DNA from: an uncultured delta proteobacterium
GTDB lineage: Bacteria > Desulfobacterota > WTBG01
Direction: 5' to 3'
Length of the DNA stretch: 64,000 nt
NCBI GenBank assembly: GCA_963793865.1
Contig: CAWCBP010000004.1
Location: forward strand, 192,001 to 256,000
Below the pieces are notes generated by a model. The model had not been told where the DNA came from, made no database searches, and worked only from the letters and a program-made list of their open reading frames with translations. Of this stretch, positions 43,224 through 53,053 are shown piece by piece; position 1 is the first letter of the stretch; each line of letters opens with the position of its first letter. Made by a program: the position numbers and the translations under genes.

Positions 43224-44320
43224 GGGGACGCCCTTAAGATTCTAAGATTCTCATTTGATTAATTGATACTTGTTACTGCGCGCTATTTTCTCTCCCCTTA
43301 CCACCGCGTATCCCACCGCTGGGATGCTTATTCCAAGGTATCGGGCCAATTCAGTAAGGGAAATTTTCAGTTCCTGGACTGCCCAGAAACAAAAGAGACT
43401 CCTGGCTTTTACTTTTATGGGCTGTTTCCCTTTTAAAAAGAAATCATCCATTTCGATGCCGCAAATTTCCGCCACTATTCTTACAACCCGATCCAGATCG
43501 TAGCCCAGACGTTTTAATTCACAATTCCTTTCAAACCGCTCTCGCGCTCGGGAAAGAATGTCGGCAACAAAATCAGATGCCCCCAAAATTCTTTCATCGC
43601 TCTTCTTGTGATCCTGTGCTTTCAAATCCTGCACCCTTACTTCTGCCCACCCACCAAGGCTGCGTATCAAACCGCCTCCCCTCAAATCATCTCGTCGTCC
43701 CTGATCACTACCAGCCTTCAAATAAGCCAAATAATTTCTTCTTGCCTTATGCATAGTGTCACCGAAATAACCAAGCACATGATCAACTCCCTGCCAGGAA
43801 TGCTTGACTCTGCCCATTAATGCACAATGCCCGCTGTAGACATAGTGGTTCAATTCATTGAAATTGTGAAGGATCCCTGCCCGCATAGGATTCAGGTGAA
43901 TATATCTCACCAGTTCCAGCAGATATGCGTCCTCTTGACATACAATCGACTTATAGCGATTTTGAAAGAGATGCCCCTGTCGATTGTGGCGTCGGTTGAA
44001 ATTCACTGCGTACCCAGTAAGCAACCTTCTCATAAGCGTCGCAAGAGGAATTGTGCCGCTTCTAAAAAGAAAGTGGGCGTGATTGGGTAAAAATACCCAA
44101 GCGTAGCATGCAGTTTCAGTTTTCGGCAGCAAGATTGCGAGGCGAGCTAAAAAATCTTCCCGATCTGCATCGTTTCTGAATATCCTTCGACGCTCTATTC
44201 CCCTGATCATAATGTGATGTAAAACACCCGGTGCGTCAAGTCTGGCTGATCGTGGCATACCTTTATTCACCTGCCGATGATTCTATGAACTTAGAAACTT
44301 AGAATTTTAAGGGCGTCCCC
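43224..44320 (-). mobile_element. 1.1-kb element: Y1/HUH transposase gene bounded by 28-bp terminal inverted repeats
   Basis: Left GGGGACGCCCTTAAGATTCTAAGATTCT (43224-43251) versus reverse complement of right GGGGACGCCCTTAAAATTCTAAGTTTCT (44293-44320), 26/28 identical; lower GC than flanks. Confidence 0.8.
43251..44258 (-). CDS. REP-associated tyrosine transposase-like protein (Y1_Tnp) with C-terminal DnaA_C/HTH-like domain
   Basis: MPRSAR..HHIMIRG, HUH motif NHAHF, GHLFQNRYKS, RYIHLNP; C-terminal ARSLFCFWAVQEL.ISLTELARYLG. Confidence 0.9.
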   Translation of the reverse strand: MPRSARLDAPGVLHHIMIRGIERRRIFRNDADREDFLARLAILLPKTETACYAWVFLPNHAHFLFRSGTIPLATLMRRLLTGYAVNFNRRHNRQGHLFQNRYKSIVCQEDAYLLELVRYIHLNPMRAGILHNFNELNHYVYSGHCALMGRVKHSWQGVDHVLGYFGDTMHKARRNYLAYLKAGSDQGRRDDLRGGGLIRSLGGWAEVRVQDLKAQDHKKSDERILGASDFVADILSRARERFERNCELKRLGYDLDRVVRIVAEICGIEMDDFFLKGKQPIKVKARSLFCFWAVQELKISLTELARYLGISIPAVGYAVVRGEKIARSNKYQLIK

Positions 44321-44346
44321 TCTATGAAGCAAAAAACAGGATCATC

Positions 44347-45877
44347 CTACACCAGCGCCCTATCGAGGCTGCGGTACTGGATGGCCTCGGCGATGTGGTG
44401 GGACTTGATGTGCTCCTCCCCTTCCAGGTCGGCGATGGTGCGGGAGACCTTGATGATGCGGGTGTAGGCCCGCGCGCTTAATCCCAGCTTCTCCATGGCC
44501 TGCCGGAGCAGCTGCTGGGAGTCCTCATCGATCCGGCAGAACTGCCGCACCTGGCGCGCCGCCATCAGGGCGTTGCAGTAAATTTTCATCCCGGCGAAGC
44601 GCCGGTGCTGGATGGCGCGCGCCTCCACCACCCTCGCTTTAATCGCCAGCGAGCTCTCCCCCAGCCGCTCCGCGCTTATCTCCTGGAAGTTGACCGGCGG
44701 CACTTCCACCTGGATGTCGATGCGGTCAAGCAGCGGGCCCGAGAGCTTGGCCTTGTAGCGCTGCATCTGCGGCAGGGTGCAGGTGCACTGCTGGCGGGGG
44801 TCGGTATAGAAACCGCAGGGGCAGGGATTCATGGCCGCCACCAGCATGAACCGGGCGGGATAGGTCAGTGATGTGACCGCCCGGGAAATGGTCACCTTGC
44901 CGTCCTCAAGCGGCTGGCGCATCACCTCCAGCGTGTTCTTTTTGAACTCGGTCAGCTCGTCCAGGAAGAGAACCCCGTTGTGGGAAAGGCTCACTTCCCC
45001 CGGCCGGGGAACGGGGCCCCCGCCGATGAGCCCCGCGTCCGAGATGGTGTGATGGGGGCTGCGAAAGGGCTTGTGGGTCACCAGCGCCTGGTCCGGATCG
45101 AGCAGCCCCATCACGCTGTGTATCTTGGTGGTTTCAAGCGATTCCTCGAAGGTCATGGGCGGAAGAATGCTGGCAATACGTTGTGCCAGCATGGTTTTCC
45201 CGGCGCCGGGGGGACCCACCATGATGATGTTGTGCCCGCCCGCCGCCGCCACCTCAATAGCCCTTTTTGCGTATTCCTGACCCTTGACCTCGCAGAAATC
45301 GACCGGATAGGCGGCCTGACGGTTGAATATCTCCTCGATATCAACTGTGGCAGGCGTGAGCGAGAGTACACCATTCAAAAAATCGACCACCTGGGAAAGA
45401 TGCTCCACCCCCAGCACCTCTATACCGTTCACAACCGCCGTCTCCGGCGCGTTTGCCAGGGGCACGATAATGCCCTTCAGTGCCCCCATCCCGGACAGCC
45501 ACGCCCAGGGGCAGTCCCCCGTGGATGGATTTAACCCTGCCGTCGAGCGACAGCTCGCCCGCAATGAGGTAGTCCTTTATCCTGTCCCGCCTGACCACAT
45601 CTGATGCCACCAGGATTCCGACGGCAATGGGCAGGTCAAAGGAGGCACCTTCTTTTCTTATGTCCGCGGGCGCCAGGTTGACGGTTATGCGCTGGGAGGG
45701 GAAATTGTAGCCGCTGTTCTTGATGGCCGCTTTCACCCTGTCCTTGCTCTCCTTGACAGCGCCGTCAGGAAGCCCCACCGTGGCCAGCGCGGGCAGGCCC
45801 AGCGAAATGTCTGCCTCCACCCCCACCAGATAGGCATCGATCCCTAAAAGCCCCCCGCTTATGACTTTCGCTATCAT
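44347..45877 (-). CDS. comM: YifB/ComM Mg-chelatase-like AAA+ ATPase; frameshift at ~45481
   Basis: [72 protein letters not shown]. Confidence 0.93.
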
Positions 45878-45889
45878 AGAAATACAAAT

Positions 45890-45905
45890 AGCAAGTACTG
45901 TGCCT
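45890..45905 (-). promoter_or_regulatory. Candidate sigma54 -24/-12 promoter of comM
   Basis: Minus strand AGGCAC-AGTAC-TTGCT (GG-N10-GC). Confidence 0.45.
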
Positions 45906-46022
45906 ATAGGTGCGAGTCCGCAGCGTGTCGCCTTTGGATATTTTACCTTGACGAACAAGCACGCTTGGCATTAAGATTCATATAAGACAATGTTACATCT
46001 ACTAAAGATGAGGCAAAGCAGG

Positions 46023-46505
46023 ATGAGCAGATTAACCCATGTTGATGACCAGGGTAAAGCGAAAATGGTGGATGTGTCTGAAAAGGACGTCACCTTAAGA
46101 GAAGCTGTTGCCTCCGGGGCCATTTTAATGAAGCCTGAAACCTTCCGGATGGTAGTAAATGCGGAAATCGCCAAAGGCGATGTCCTGGGTGTTGCTAAAA
46201 TAGCAGGCATCATGGCGGCAAAAAAAACAAGTGAACTCATTCCACTGTGCCATCCTTTGGACATTACTCACGTTGACATACAGTTCCACCTCAGGGAGAA
46301 GCAGAGTTCCATTACCATTGAAGCCGCCGTAAAGACCCTGCATAGAACAGGCGCTGAGATGGAGGCGCTGGTTGCTGTCACCACAGCGGCACTCACCATC
46401 TATGACATGTGCAAAGCTGTGGACAGGGCTATGGTCATCGCTGATGTGAAATTGTTAAAGAAGAGCGGCGGCAAAAGCGGCACCTACAGGCTTAAGCGCG
46501 CATGA
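46023..46505 (+). CDS. moaC: Cyclic pyranopterin monophosphate synthase
   Basis: LTHVD, MVDVSEK, KGDVL, LIPLCHP, TGAEMEAL, IYDMCKAVD, KSGGKSG. Confidence 0.97.
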   Translation: MSRLTHVDDQGKAKMVDVSEKDVTLREAVASGAILMKPETFRMVVNAEIAKGDVLGVAKIAGIMAAKKTSELIPLCHPLDITHVDIQFHLREKQSSITIEAAVKTLHRTGAEMEALVAVTTAALTIYDMCKAVDRAMVIADVKLLKKSGGKSGTYRLKRA

Positions 46506-46576
46506 GATTTTGCTTTACAGCTACGGTGTATTGATATACAAGTAAAGCCAGGGTAATGCTTGGCGAATAGAGGGCA

Positions 46577-46936
46577 ATGAATAAAGACAGACTGGACTAT
46601 TTTAAGAAATTCCTGACCAATCAGCTGGATACACTTGTCTCCGAGGCCATGAAGACGGTAGAGGACATGAGTGATGAGGAGGAAACCTTCCCCGATCCGA
46701 CTGACCGCGCCTCATTGGAATCAGACAGGAACTTTCTCCTGAGAATACGGGACCGGGAAAGAAAGCTTATCGTCAAGATCAACGAGGCCCTGGCCAGGAT
46801 CGAAGACGGCACGTTTGGAATCTGCGAGATGTGCGGGGAGGATATCTCTGAAGAGCGCTTGAAAGCAAGGCCGGTAACAACGCTTTGCATTGATTGCAAA
46901 ACAGAAGAAGAAGAAAAAGAGAAAATAGGAAGCTAA
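46577..46936 (+). CDS. dksA: RNA polymerase-binding protein DksA
   Basis: DPTDRASLE, RDRERKLI, zinc finger CEMC..RLKARP.TTLCIDC. Confidence 0.95.
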   Translation: MNKDRLDYFKKFLTNQLDTLVSEAMKTVEDMSDEEETFPDPTDRASLESDRNFLLRIRDRERKLIVKINEALARIEDGTFGICEMCGEDISEERLKARPVTTLCIDCKTEEEEKEKIGS

Positions 46937-47042
46937 GAGCACCGTTACAACATCCGACACAAGCCCGGTCACCAGAAAACCTTCCCTCGTGCAGCTTTTA
47001 TAAATCCCTTTCATTATTAATCCGCACCAAGCGGAGCATGCC

Positions 47043-48053
47043 ATGCCTGAATTAAGAAAAGACCCCATTATCAGCCGGTGGGTTATCATCTCAACCGAAC
47101 GCGGAAAAAGGCCGTCCAGTTTCACTCCCCCCGACAAAAAAATCCATGACGATTTTTGTCCCCTCTGCCCGGGCAATGAGGACAAGACGCCGCCCGAAGT
47201 TTTCGCCCACCGGCCTGCCGGTTCGCGTCCCAACACCCCGGGATGGAGCCTGAGGGTGGTGCCCAATAAATTTCCCGCGCTCCGCATCGAAGGCGAACTG
47301 GACCGCAGGGGTGATGGCATTTATGACAAGATGAACGGCATCGGTGCCCACGAGGTTATTATCGAGTGTCCCGAGCACGATGCCACCCTGGCATCCGTTT
47401 CACGGGAGCACTTTGAGAAGGTGCTTCTCAGTTACCGGGACCGGATGAATGAGCTCTACCGGGACCGGAGATTCAAATACATGGCCATCTTCAGAAACCA
47501 GGGAGAGGTTGCCGGGGCGTCGCTTGCCCACCCCCACTCCCAGATTATCGCGCTTCCCATCGTACCCAGGCGTGTGATGGAGGAGCTTGAGGGTTCAAAG
47601 GCATACTTTAACTATAAGGAGCGGTGCGTCTTTTGCGACATCGTCAGGCAGGAAAAAGAGCAGGCGGTACGGGTGGTACATGAAAACCGGGAGTTTATCG
47701 CCATAGCCCCCTTCGCATCCCGTTTCCCCTTTGAAATCTGGGTTCTACCTAAAAATCACAGCTCCGCCTTCGAGGACATTCCCCATTTTCACTACGCTTC
47801 ACTGGCGGAGCTTTTCTCCGATACCTTGAAGCGGCTTTCCCTGTGCCTGAATGACCCTCCCTTCAATTTTATGCTCCACACCTCTCCCGTCAGCGAAAAA
47901 TTTAATGATTTCTACCACTGGCACTTTGAAATCATCCCCCGCCTCACCCGCGTCGCAGGTTTTGAATGGGGGTCGGGGTTCTACATCAATCCCACCTCGC
48001 CTGAAGACGCGGCCCAGTCCTTGAGGGAAACACCGCCGGTTCCCGCCGTTTAG
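47043..48053 (+). CDS. galT: Galactose-1-phosphate uridylyltransferase family protein
   Basis: ELRKDP, CPLCPGNE, VPNKFPAL, HEVIIE, GASLAHPHSQ. Confidence 0.93.
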   Translation: MPELRKDPIISRWVIISTERGKRPSSFTPPDKKIHDDFCPLCPGNEDKTPPEVFAHRPAGSRPNTPGWSLRVVPNKFPALRIEGELDRRGDGIYDKMNGIGAHEVIIECPEHDATLASVSREHFEKVLLSYRDRMNELYRDRRFKYMAIFRNQGEVAGASLAHPHSQIIALPIVPRRVMEELEGSKAYFNYKERCVFCDIVRQEKEQAVRVVHENREFIAIAPFASRFPFEIWVLPKNHSSAFEDIPHFHYASLAELFSDTLKRLSLCLNDPPFNFMLHTSPVSEKFNDFYHWHFEIIPRLTRVAGFEWGSGFYINPTSPEDAAQSLRETPPVPAV

Positions 48054-48352
48054 TAATAGTTTCCTGCCCGTCCGCATTCCTTCTAACCGTAACGTTATTC
48101 CACTCCTTTGACTTTATCACAGGCCTGTTAAGTTATTTTTGTTTACGGTCGTCCCCAATCCGCAGCGTATTATACCCTCTCGAAAAAAAGCTAATGGATT
48201 TTAGGCTTTTATCCGATAGCAAACCATCATTGCACTCTAAATCATACCCTTATTCCATGCAGGCAATCATGCCGGCAAAAGATTATAAGCGTGCAGTAAT
48301 ACAAGCAGTTGTCAATAAACAATCATAAACAACAAATGAGGGATAATAAGTT

Positions 48353-51300
48353 GTGGTAAAGAAATTAAACATTATAGTGCCATTCATTATTTTTGCCCTC
48401 TTATCAGCAGGGCAGGCTATTGCCGCTTTGGACGCCCATATCATAAGCCACACCATCCCGGCGAGCGTGCATCCGGGTGATGTATTTCAGGTCAGCGTAA
48501 CCGTGCAAAACACCAGCACCGGGGGCGAGACCTGGAAGCGTCCAATGTACAGGCTCCTTTCTCAAACCGTTCCCACCAATATCTGGGGTCCCTCCCAGGT
48601 GCAGCTCGGTAAAAAGGAAAGTGTGGCGCCGGGCATGTCTGCTACCTTTAACATGATCATTACCGCGCCGGCTACACCGGGCATCTACCCCTGTCAGTGG
48701 CAGATGAAAAAAAATCCCGGATCAACGTTCGGGGAATTGCTGAATCTGACAGTAGAAGTAACCGATAGCACTCCCAAAATGCTTGATGCGGCAGTGGTAA
48801 GCCATACCATTCCTCCCGCCATGTGTGCCGGAGAAACCAGGTCCATTACCATTACCATGAGGAACACCGGTTCCACCACCGTTTGGTACAAGCCTGATTT
48901 TACTCTCTTTGCCCAAAACAGCCCGCAAGCGGATGATCAGTGGGGACCAAGCCAGAGTCTTTTAAATGTTGGTGAAACTATCAGGCCGGGGACTACCAAG
49001 ACTTTTACCCTTGACATTACCGCTCCGATCACTCCGGGCAGCTACAATTGCAACTGGCAGATGAATATCACCACCAGTGAGGACACCCGGTTTTTTGGAG
49101 AAAAGCTTGAGACTGCAGTTTCAGTGGTAGATGAAGGCGGAACCTGTGACGATGGGAATGAGTGTACCGGAAACGGGACATGCACCGGCACGGTGTGCAC
49201 AGGCGCCGGGCCGGTAGCCGACGGTACTGCATGCAATGTGACCAACACCTGCACGGCATACAACTGCACCGGAGGTTTTTGCGGAGGCACAATTGATGAA
49301 GGTGCTCCCTGTAATGACGGAAATAATTGCACAACTGGTGATGCCTGTTCGGCCGAGGGTGTATGCAGCGGCACCCCCCTCGACTGCAGCGGTCTCGACG
49401 ATAGCTGCAACCTGGGGGTCTGTAACCCCTACACAAATCCTGTCAGTTGTGAACAGGACAGCACCTATAAAAACTACCATGCCTGCAGTGACGAAATTTT
49501 CTGTAACGGCAATGATAGCTGCATTGCCGGAACATGCATCCTCTCAGATGGCGATCCCTGCGTGGACGACGGCCTGTTCTGTACCGGCAGCGAAAGCTGT
49601 GACGAGGGAACTGATCAGTGCCTGAGCAGCGGCGACCCCTGTACCGAAGGCATGCTTTGCAATGAGGGCGCAGATACCTGTGATGTACCGCAGTGTCTCA
49701 TGGATGGGAACTGCGATGATGGCTTATACTGCACTGGTCGGGAAACGTGTGTCGCAGGATACTGCCAGCCCGGCACGCCGGTTGACTGTCCGGACGATGG
49801 TATGTTCTGCAATGGTACCGAGTCCTGCGGTGAATTTTTGGATGCCTGCGTAAGCAGCGGTAACCCCTGCCCATCCGATCTAATGTGTGATGAAGGAATC
49901 GATACCTGCATCGGATGCCTACAGGACAGTGACTGTGATGACGAATTGTACTGCAATGGCCAGGAAACATGTGTCGCAGGAAATTGCCGGCTCGGCACTC
50001 CGGTTGACTGCAGCGACAGCATGGACTGCACCATCGAAAGCTGCGACGAGGCCACCGATAACTGCATACATACACCCGATAACACCCTCTGTGCCGATGA
50101 CCAATTCTGTAATGGTAATGAGGTTTGTGATCCGGTGAATGGCTGCCAGCCCGGCACGCCGGTTGATTGTCCGGACGATGGCATGTTCTGCAATGGTACC
50201 GAGTCCTGCGATGAAATTGCGGATGCCTGTGTAAGTAACGGCAACCCCTGCGCTGAGGGCACGGTCTGCAATGAAGGCGAAACCACCTGCGATGTAACAG
50301 TGTGCCTGGTTGATGAGGACTGTGATGATGGAATATACTGCAATGGTGTGGAAACCTGCGTTGCCTATAAATGCCAGCCTGGCACGACGGTTGACTGCAA
50401 TGACAGCGTAGACTGCACCATCGAAAGCTGCGACGAGGCCACCGATAACTGCATACATACACCCGATAACACCCTCTGTGCCGATGACCGATTCTGTAAT
50501 GGTAATGAGGTTTGCGATCCCGAAAACGGCTGTCAGCCCGGCATACCGGTTAACTGCCCTGATGACGTCTTGTTCTGTACCGGTGCCGAGTCCTGCGACG
50601 AGGCTGCCGATTCCTGCCTAAGCAGCGGTAATCTCTGTGCCGAGGGCACTGTATGTAATGAGGACATAGATTTCTGCTTTGTTACACCATGCTTCGTTGA
50701 TGCGGACTGCAGTGACGGAATATACTGCAACGGCCAGGAAACATGTGTCGCGAACAATTGCCAGACCGGCGCGCCGGTTAACTGCAATGACAGTGTAGAC
50801 TGTACCGCCGATAGCTGCGACGAAGCCGCCGATAGCTGCATGCACTCACCCGATAGCGGTCTCTGCAATGATGGACAATTCTGCAACGGAAACGAGAGCT
50901 GCGATCCTGTCAATGGATGCCAGACCGGCATCCCGGTTGACTGCCCTGACGATGGCACCTTTTGCAACGGTGCTGAGTCCTGCAACGAGGTTACCAATTC
51001 CTGCTTCAGCAACGGTAACCCCTGCACCGAGGGCACGGTCTGCAACGAGGACGCAGATAGCTGCGATGCAACAGAGTGTTCTATTGTTGCGGACTGTGAT
51101 GATGGAATATACTGCAATGGACTGGAAACATGTGATGCCGGAACCTGCATACCCGGCACACCGGTCAACTGCTCTGGTGATGGTTTGTTCTGCAACGGCA
51201 TCGAGTCCTGCAACGAGGCCACCGATTCCTGCGCCGGCAGCGGCAATCCCTGCCCCGGGGGTACCACCTGCAATGAATCTCTGGACAGATGCGTGAGTGC

Positions 51301-52267
51301 ATCCACAACCACAACAACCGTCCCGGCCACCACAACGACAATACCTCCAATTACAACAACCACAATTCCCGCCACCGCCTGTTCCGTGGTAATTGCACCG
51401 GACACGCAAACAGTCGAGCCGGGCGGGACATTCGAATTCACCGCCGTGACCACCTGCGACGGCGCCGCAGTTGACGGCACCTATGTGTGGGAAATTGTGC
51501 CGGCAAGCACCATCGGAAGCAGCATCGCGGAAGATACGGGGCTCTTCACGGCAGGGAACAATACCACAGGTTCTGACATGACTGAGATCGTGCAGGTGAC
51601 CGATATCGCCCACAACACCACGGATACGGCCGAGGCAGTGGTAACGCCGATCCAGCCGGTGTGCGAAACGCTCATCGATCCGTCGATGGCGACCGTTGAT
51701 TCAGAAGAAAACATAACTTTTACCGCTTCAACCGGGGGAACCGGCTGCCTTGAACCCGACTTTGCATGGCAGATTGATACTGACTTGAACAGCCGGATCA
51801 ATGCCGGCGGTTCATCCTGCTTCTATCAGGCAGGCACGAACAAAACAGGCATGCTGCACACCGATACCATCTCGGTTGTTGACCGGGCCAACGGCACCTC
51901 GGCAGAAGTGACGGTGACCGTCTACTACGGCAGGATTAAAAGGGTAGTTCCGGGAATAATCAGAAGCTCCCGGTGGATACCGCTTCCCCATATTATCTAT
52001 ATCATGGGAGAAGACACGGAATTCAACCCGACTTCCTGGCCGTACTTCACGCCGGTTGGTTCCATAATGACCATTGGAAAAATCGGATTTCGCAATTTCA
52101 TGGCCGCGCTGGTTCTCGTAGCGCCCAATGCGGAGCAGGACCTCATTGACCTGGCCGTGCCCATGACCAATGAAGAGGGACAGCAGGTTACCTTCGGCAA
52201 GGAAGACGCCTTCAGCATCAGGCTGCTTCCCTTTGTGCTTGATGCGAAGGAAAATAAGCCGAAATAA
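48353..52267 (+). CDS. Large exported protein: two NBR1-Ig-like domains, ~720-aa Cys/Asp-rich repeat region, Thr-rich linker, C-terminal beta-rich domains
   Basis: Signal peptide ending AIA; duplicated N-terminal domain (N.G..W..APxTPGxYxCxWQM); many CxDGxFCNGxExC repeats; TTTTTVPATTTT. Confidence 0.85.
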   Translation: MVKKLNIIVPFIIFALLSAGQAIAALDAHIISHTIPASVHPGDVFQVSVTVQNTSTGGETWKRPMYRLLSQTVPTNIWGPSQVQLGKKESVAPGMSATFNMIITAPATPGIYPCQWQMKKNPGSTFGELLNLTVEVTDSTPKMLDAAVVSHTIPPAMCAGETRSITITMRNTGSTTVWYKPDFTLFAQNSPQADDQWGPSQSLLNVGETIRPGTTKTFTLDITAPITPGSYNCNWQMNITTSEDTRFFGEKLETAVSVVDEGGTCDDGNECTGNGTCTGTVCTGAGPVADGTACNVTNTCTAYNCTGGFCGGTIDEGAPCNDGNNCTTGDACSAEGVCSGTPLDCSGLDDSCNLGVCNPYTNPVSCEQDSTYKNYHACSDEIFCNGNDSCIAGTCILSDGDPCVDDGLFCTGSESCDEGTDQCLSSGDPCTEGMLCNEGADTCDVPQCLMDGNCDDGLYCTGRETCVAGYCQPGTPVDCPDDGMFCNGTESCGEFLDACVSSGNPCPSDLMCDEGIDTCIGCLQDSDCDDELYCNGQETCVAGNCRLGTPVDCSDSMDCTIESCDEATDNCIHTPDNTLCADDQFCNGNEVCDPVNGCQPGTPVDCPDDGMFCNGTESCDEIADACVSNGNPCAEGTVCNEGETTCDVTVCLVDEDCDDGIYCNGVETCVAYKCQPGTTVDCNDSVDCTIESCDEATDNCIHTPDNTLCADDRFCNGNEVCDPENGCQPGIPVNCPDDVLFCTGAESCDEAADSCLSSGNLCAEGTVCNEDIDFCFVTPCFVDADCSDGIYCNGQETCVANNCQTGAPVNCNDSVDCTADSCDEAADSCMHSPDSGLCNDGQFCNGNESCDPVNGCQTGIPVDCPDDGTFCNGAESCNEVTNSCFSNGNPCTEGTVCNEDADSCDATECSIVADCDDGIYCNGLETCDAGTCIPGTPVNCSGDGLFCNGIESCNEATDSCAGSGNPCPGGTTCNESLDRCVSASTTTTTVPATTTTIPPITTTTIPATACSVVIAPDTQTVEPGGTFEFTAVTTCDGAAVDGTYVWEIVPASTIGSSIAEDTGLFTAGNNTTGSDMTEIVQVTDIAHNTTDTAEAVVTPIQPVCETLIDPSMATVDSEENITFTASTGGTGCLEPDFAWQIDTDLNSRINAGGSSCFYQAGTNKTGMLHTDTISVVDRANGTSAEVTVTVYYGRIKRVVPGIIRSSRWIPLPHIIYIMGEDTEFNPTSWPYFTPVGSIMTIGKIGFRNFMAALVLVAPNAEQDLIDLAVPMTNEEGQQVTFGKEDAFSIRLLPFVLDAKENKPK
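49763..50520 (+). repeat. Near-identical intragenic DNA duplications
   Basis: 50024-50133 recurs at 50411-50520 (offset 387 bp); 49763-49829 recurs at 50144-50210 (offset 381 bp). Confidence 0.85.
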
Positions 52268-52287
52268 GCAGGGCTATGGTTTTGGCG

Positions 52288-52308
52288 GCTATTAAAATAT
52301 TTAATAGC
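52288..52308. promoter_or_regulatory. AT-rich perfect inverted repeat, candidate activator site
   Basis: GCTATTAAA-ATA-TTTAATAGC about 140 bp upstream of the sigma54 motif. Confidence 0.4.
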
Positions 52309-52449
52309 AGGTGGGCGGAAATGGCCTCTAAACGGCAGCAGGAATAGGTCAGCCGGCCCACTTCACTATGAAGGCCGGATTAAAAGATATTGCATTAATT
52401 CATGCAGTTGTGTGCCGTTGCACGAGGCCCCTGGACAGAAAAAATAACT

Positions 52450-52465
52450 TGGTACGATGCTTGCT
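52450..52465 (+). promoter_or_regulatory. Predicted sigma54 promoter of the minor-pilin operon
   Basis: TGGTAC-GATGC-TTGCT, one mismatch to TGGCAC-N5-TTGCW, 63 nt before an ATG with an AAAGGAG SD. Confidence 0.65.
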
Positions 52466-52528
52466 CAATTAACCGATGCGAAGCTGTTTCAGGCATTTCA
52501 GGCCGAGCACATGAAAGGAGTCACCGCG

Positions 52529-53023
52529 ATGAGATCATCGAGCAGAGGATTTACCCTTACAGAACTCATGGTTGCCATTGCTGTCATCGGCATACTGGCT
52601 ACCATCGGCGGTGTGTCGTTCACCCGGGAACTTCCCCACTACCGTCTTAAAGGAGATGCCGGGACCATTCATCGCAGCCTGATGACCGCCCGGACGCAGG
52701 CCACATCATCGGGCCGCCAGTTTGCCGTCAGATTCAACCTTGACGCCAACCCCCAGGAGTATGTGATCCAGGAGGGAAACGCCAACAGCGGCTCAACCAC
52801 CTGGACCACCAGGGCCTATCGCAAAGAGCTTTCCCCCTCTGTGAAAATAGCCAGTGTGGTTGACGACGGAGGCACCAGGACATCGGGCACGGCCAGGGTC
52901 ATCTTCAATCCCAACGGCTCATGCGGCACGGGCGATATTTTCCTGGGCAGCGCCTCTCATGGCTACCGTGTGTTTTTGACGCCGACTACCGGCAGGGTGC
53001 AAACCCGCGAGGGGTGGTCATAA
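52529..53023 (+). CDS. Type IV minor pilin, FimT/FimU/GspH-like
   Basis: Class III signal RG|FTLTELMVAIAVIGIL; C-terminal IFNPNG..TGRV. Confidence 0.85.
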   Translation: MRSSSRGFTLTELMVAIAVIGILATIGGVSFTRELPHYRLKGDAGTIHRSLMTARTQATSSGRQFAVRFNLDANPQEYVIQEGNANSGSTTWTTRAYRKELSPSVKIASVVDDGGTRTSGTARVIFNPNGSCGTGDIFLGSASHGYRVFLTPTTGRVQTREGWS

Positions 53024-53053
53024 GATTTAATCGTGAGGAACGGAGGAAACACA

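Noticed and set aside
49042..51613. Several long repetitive minus-strand ORFs
   Set aside because: They mirror the repeats of the plus-strand Cys-rich gene
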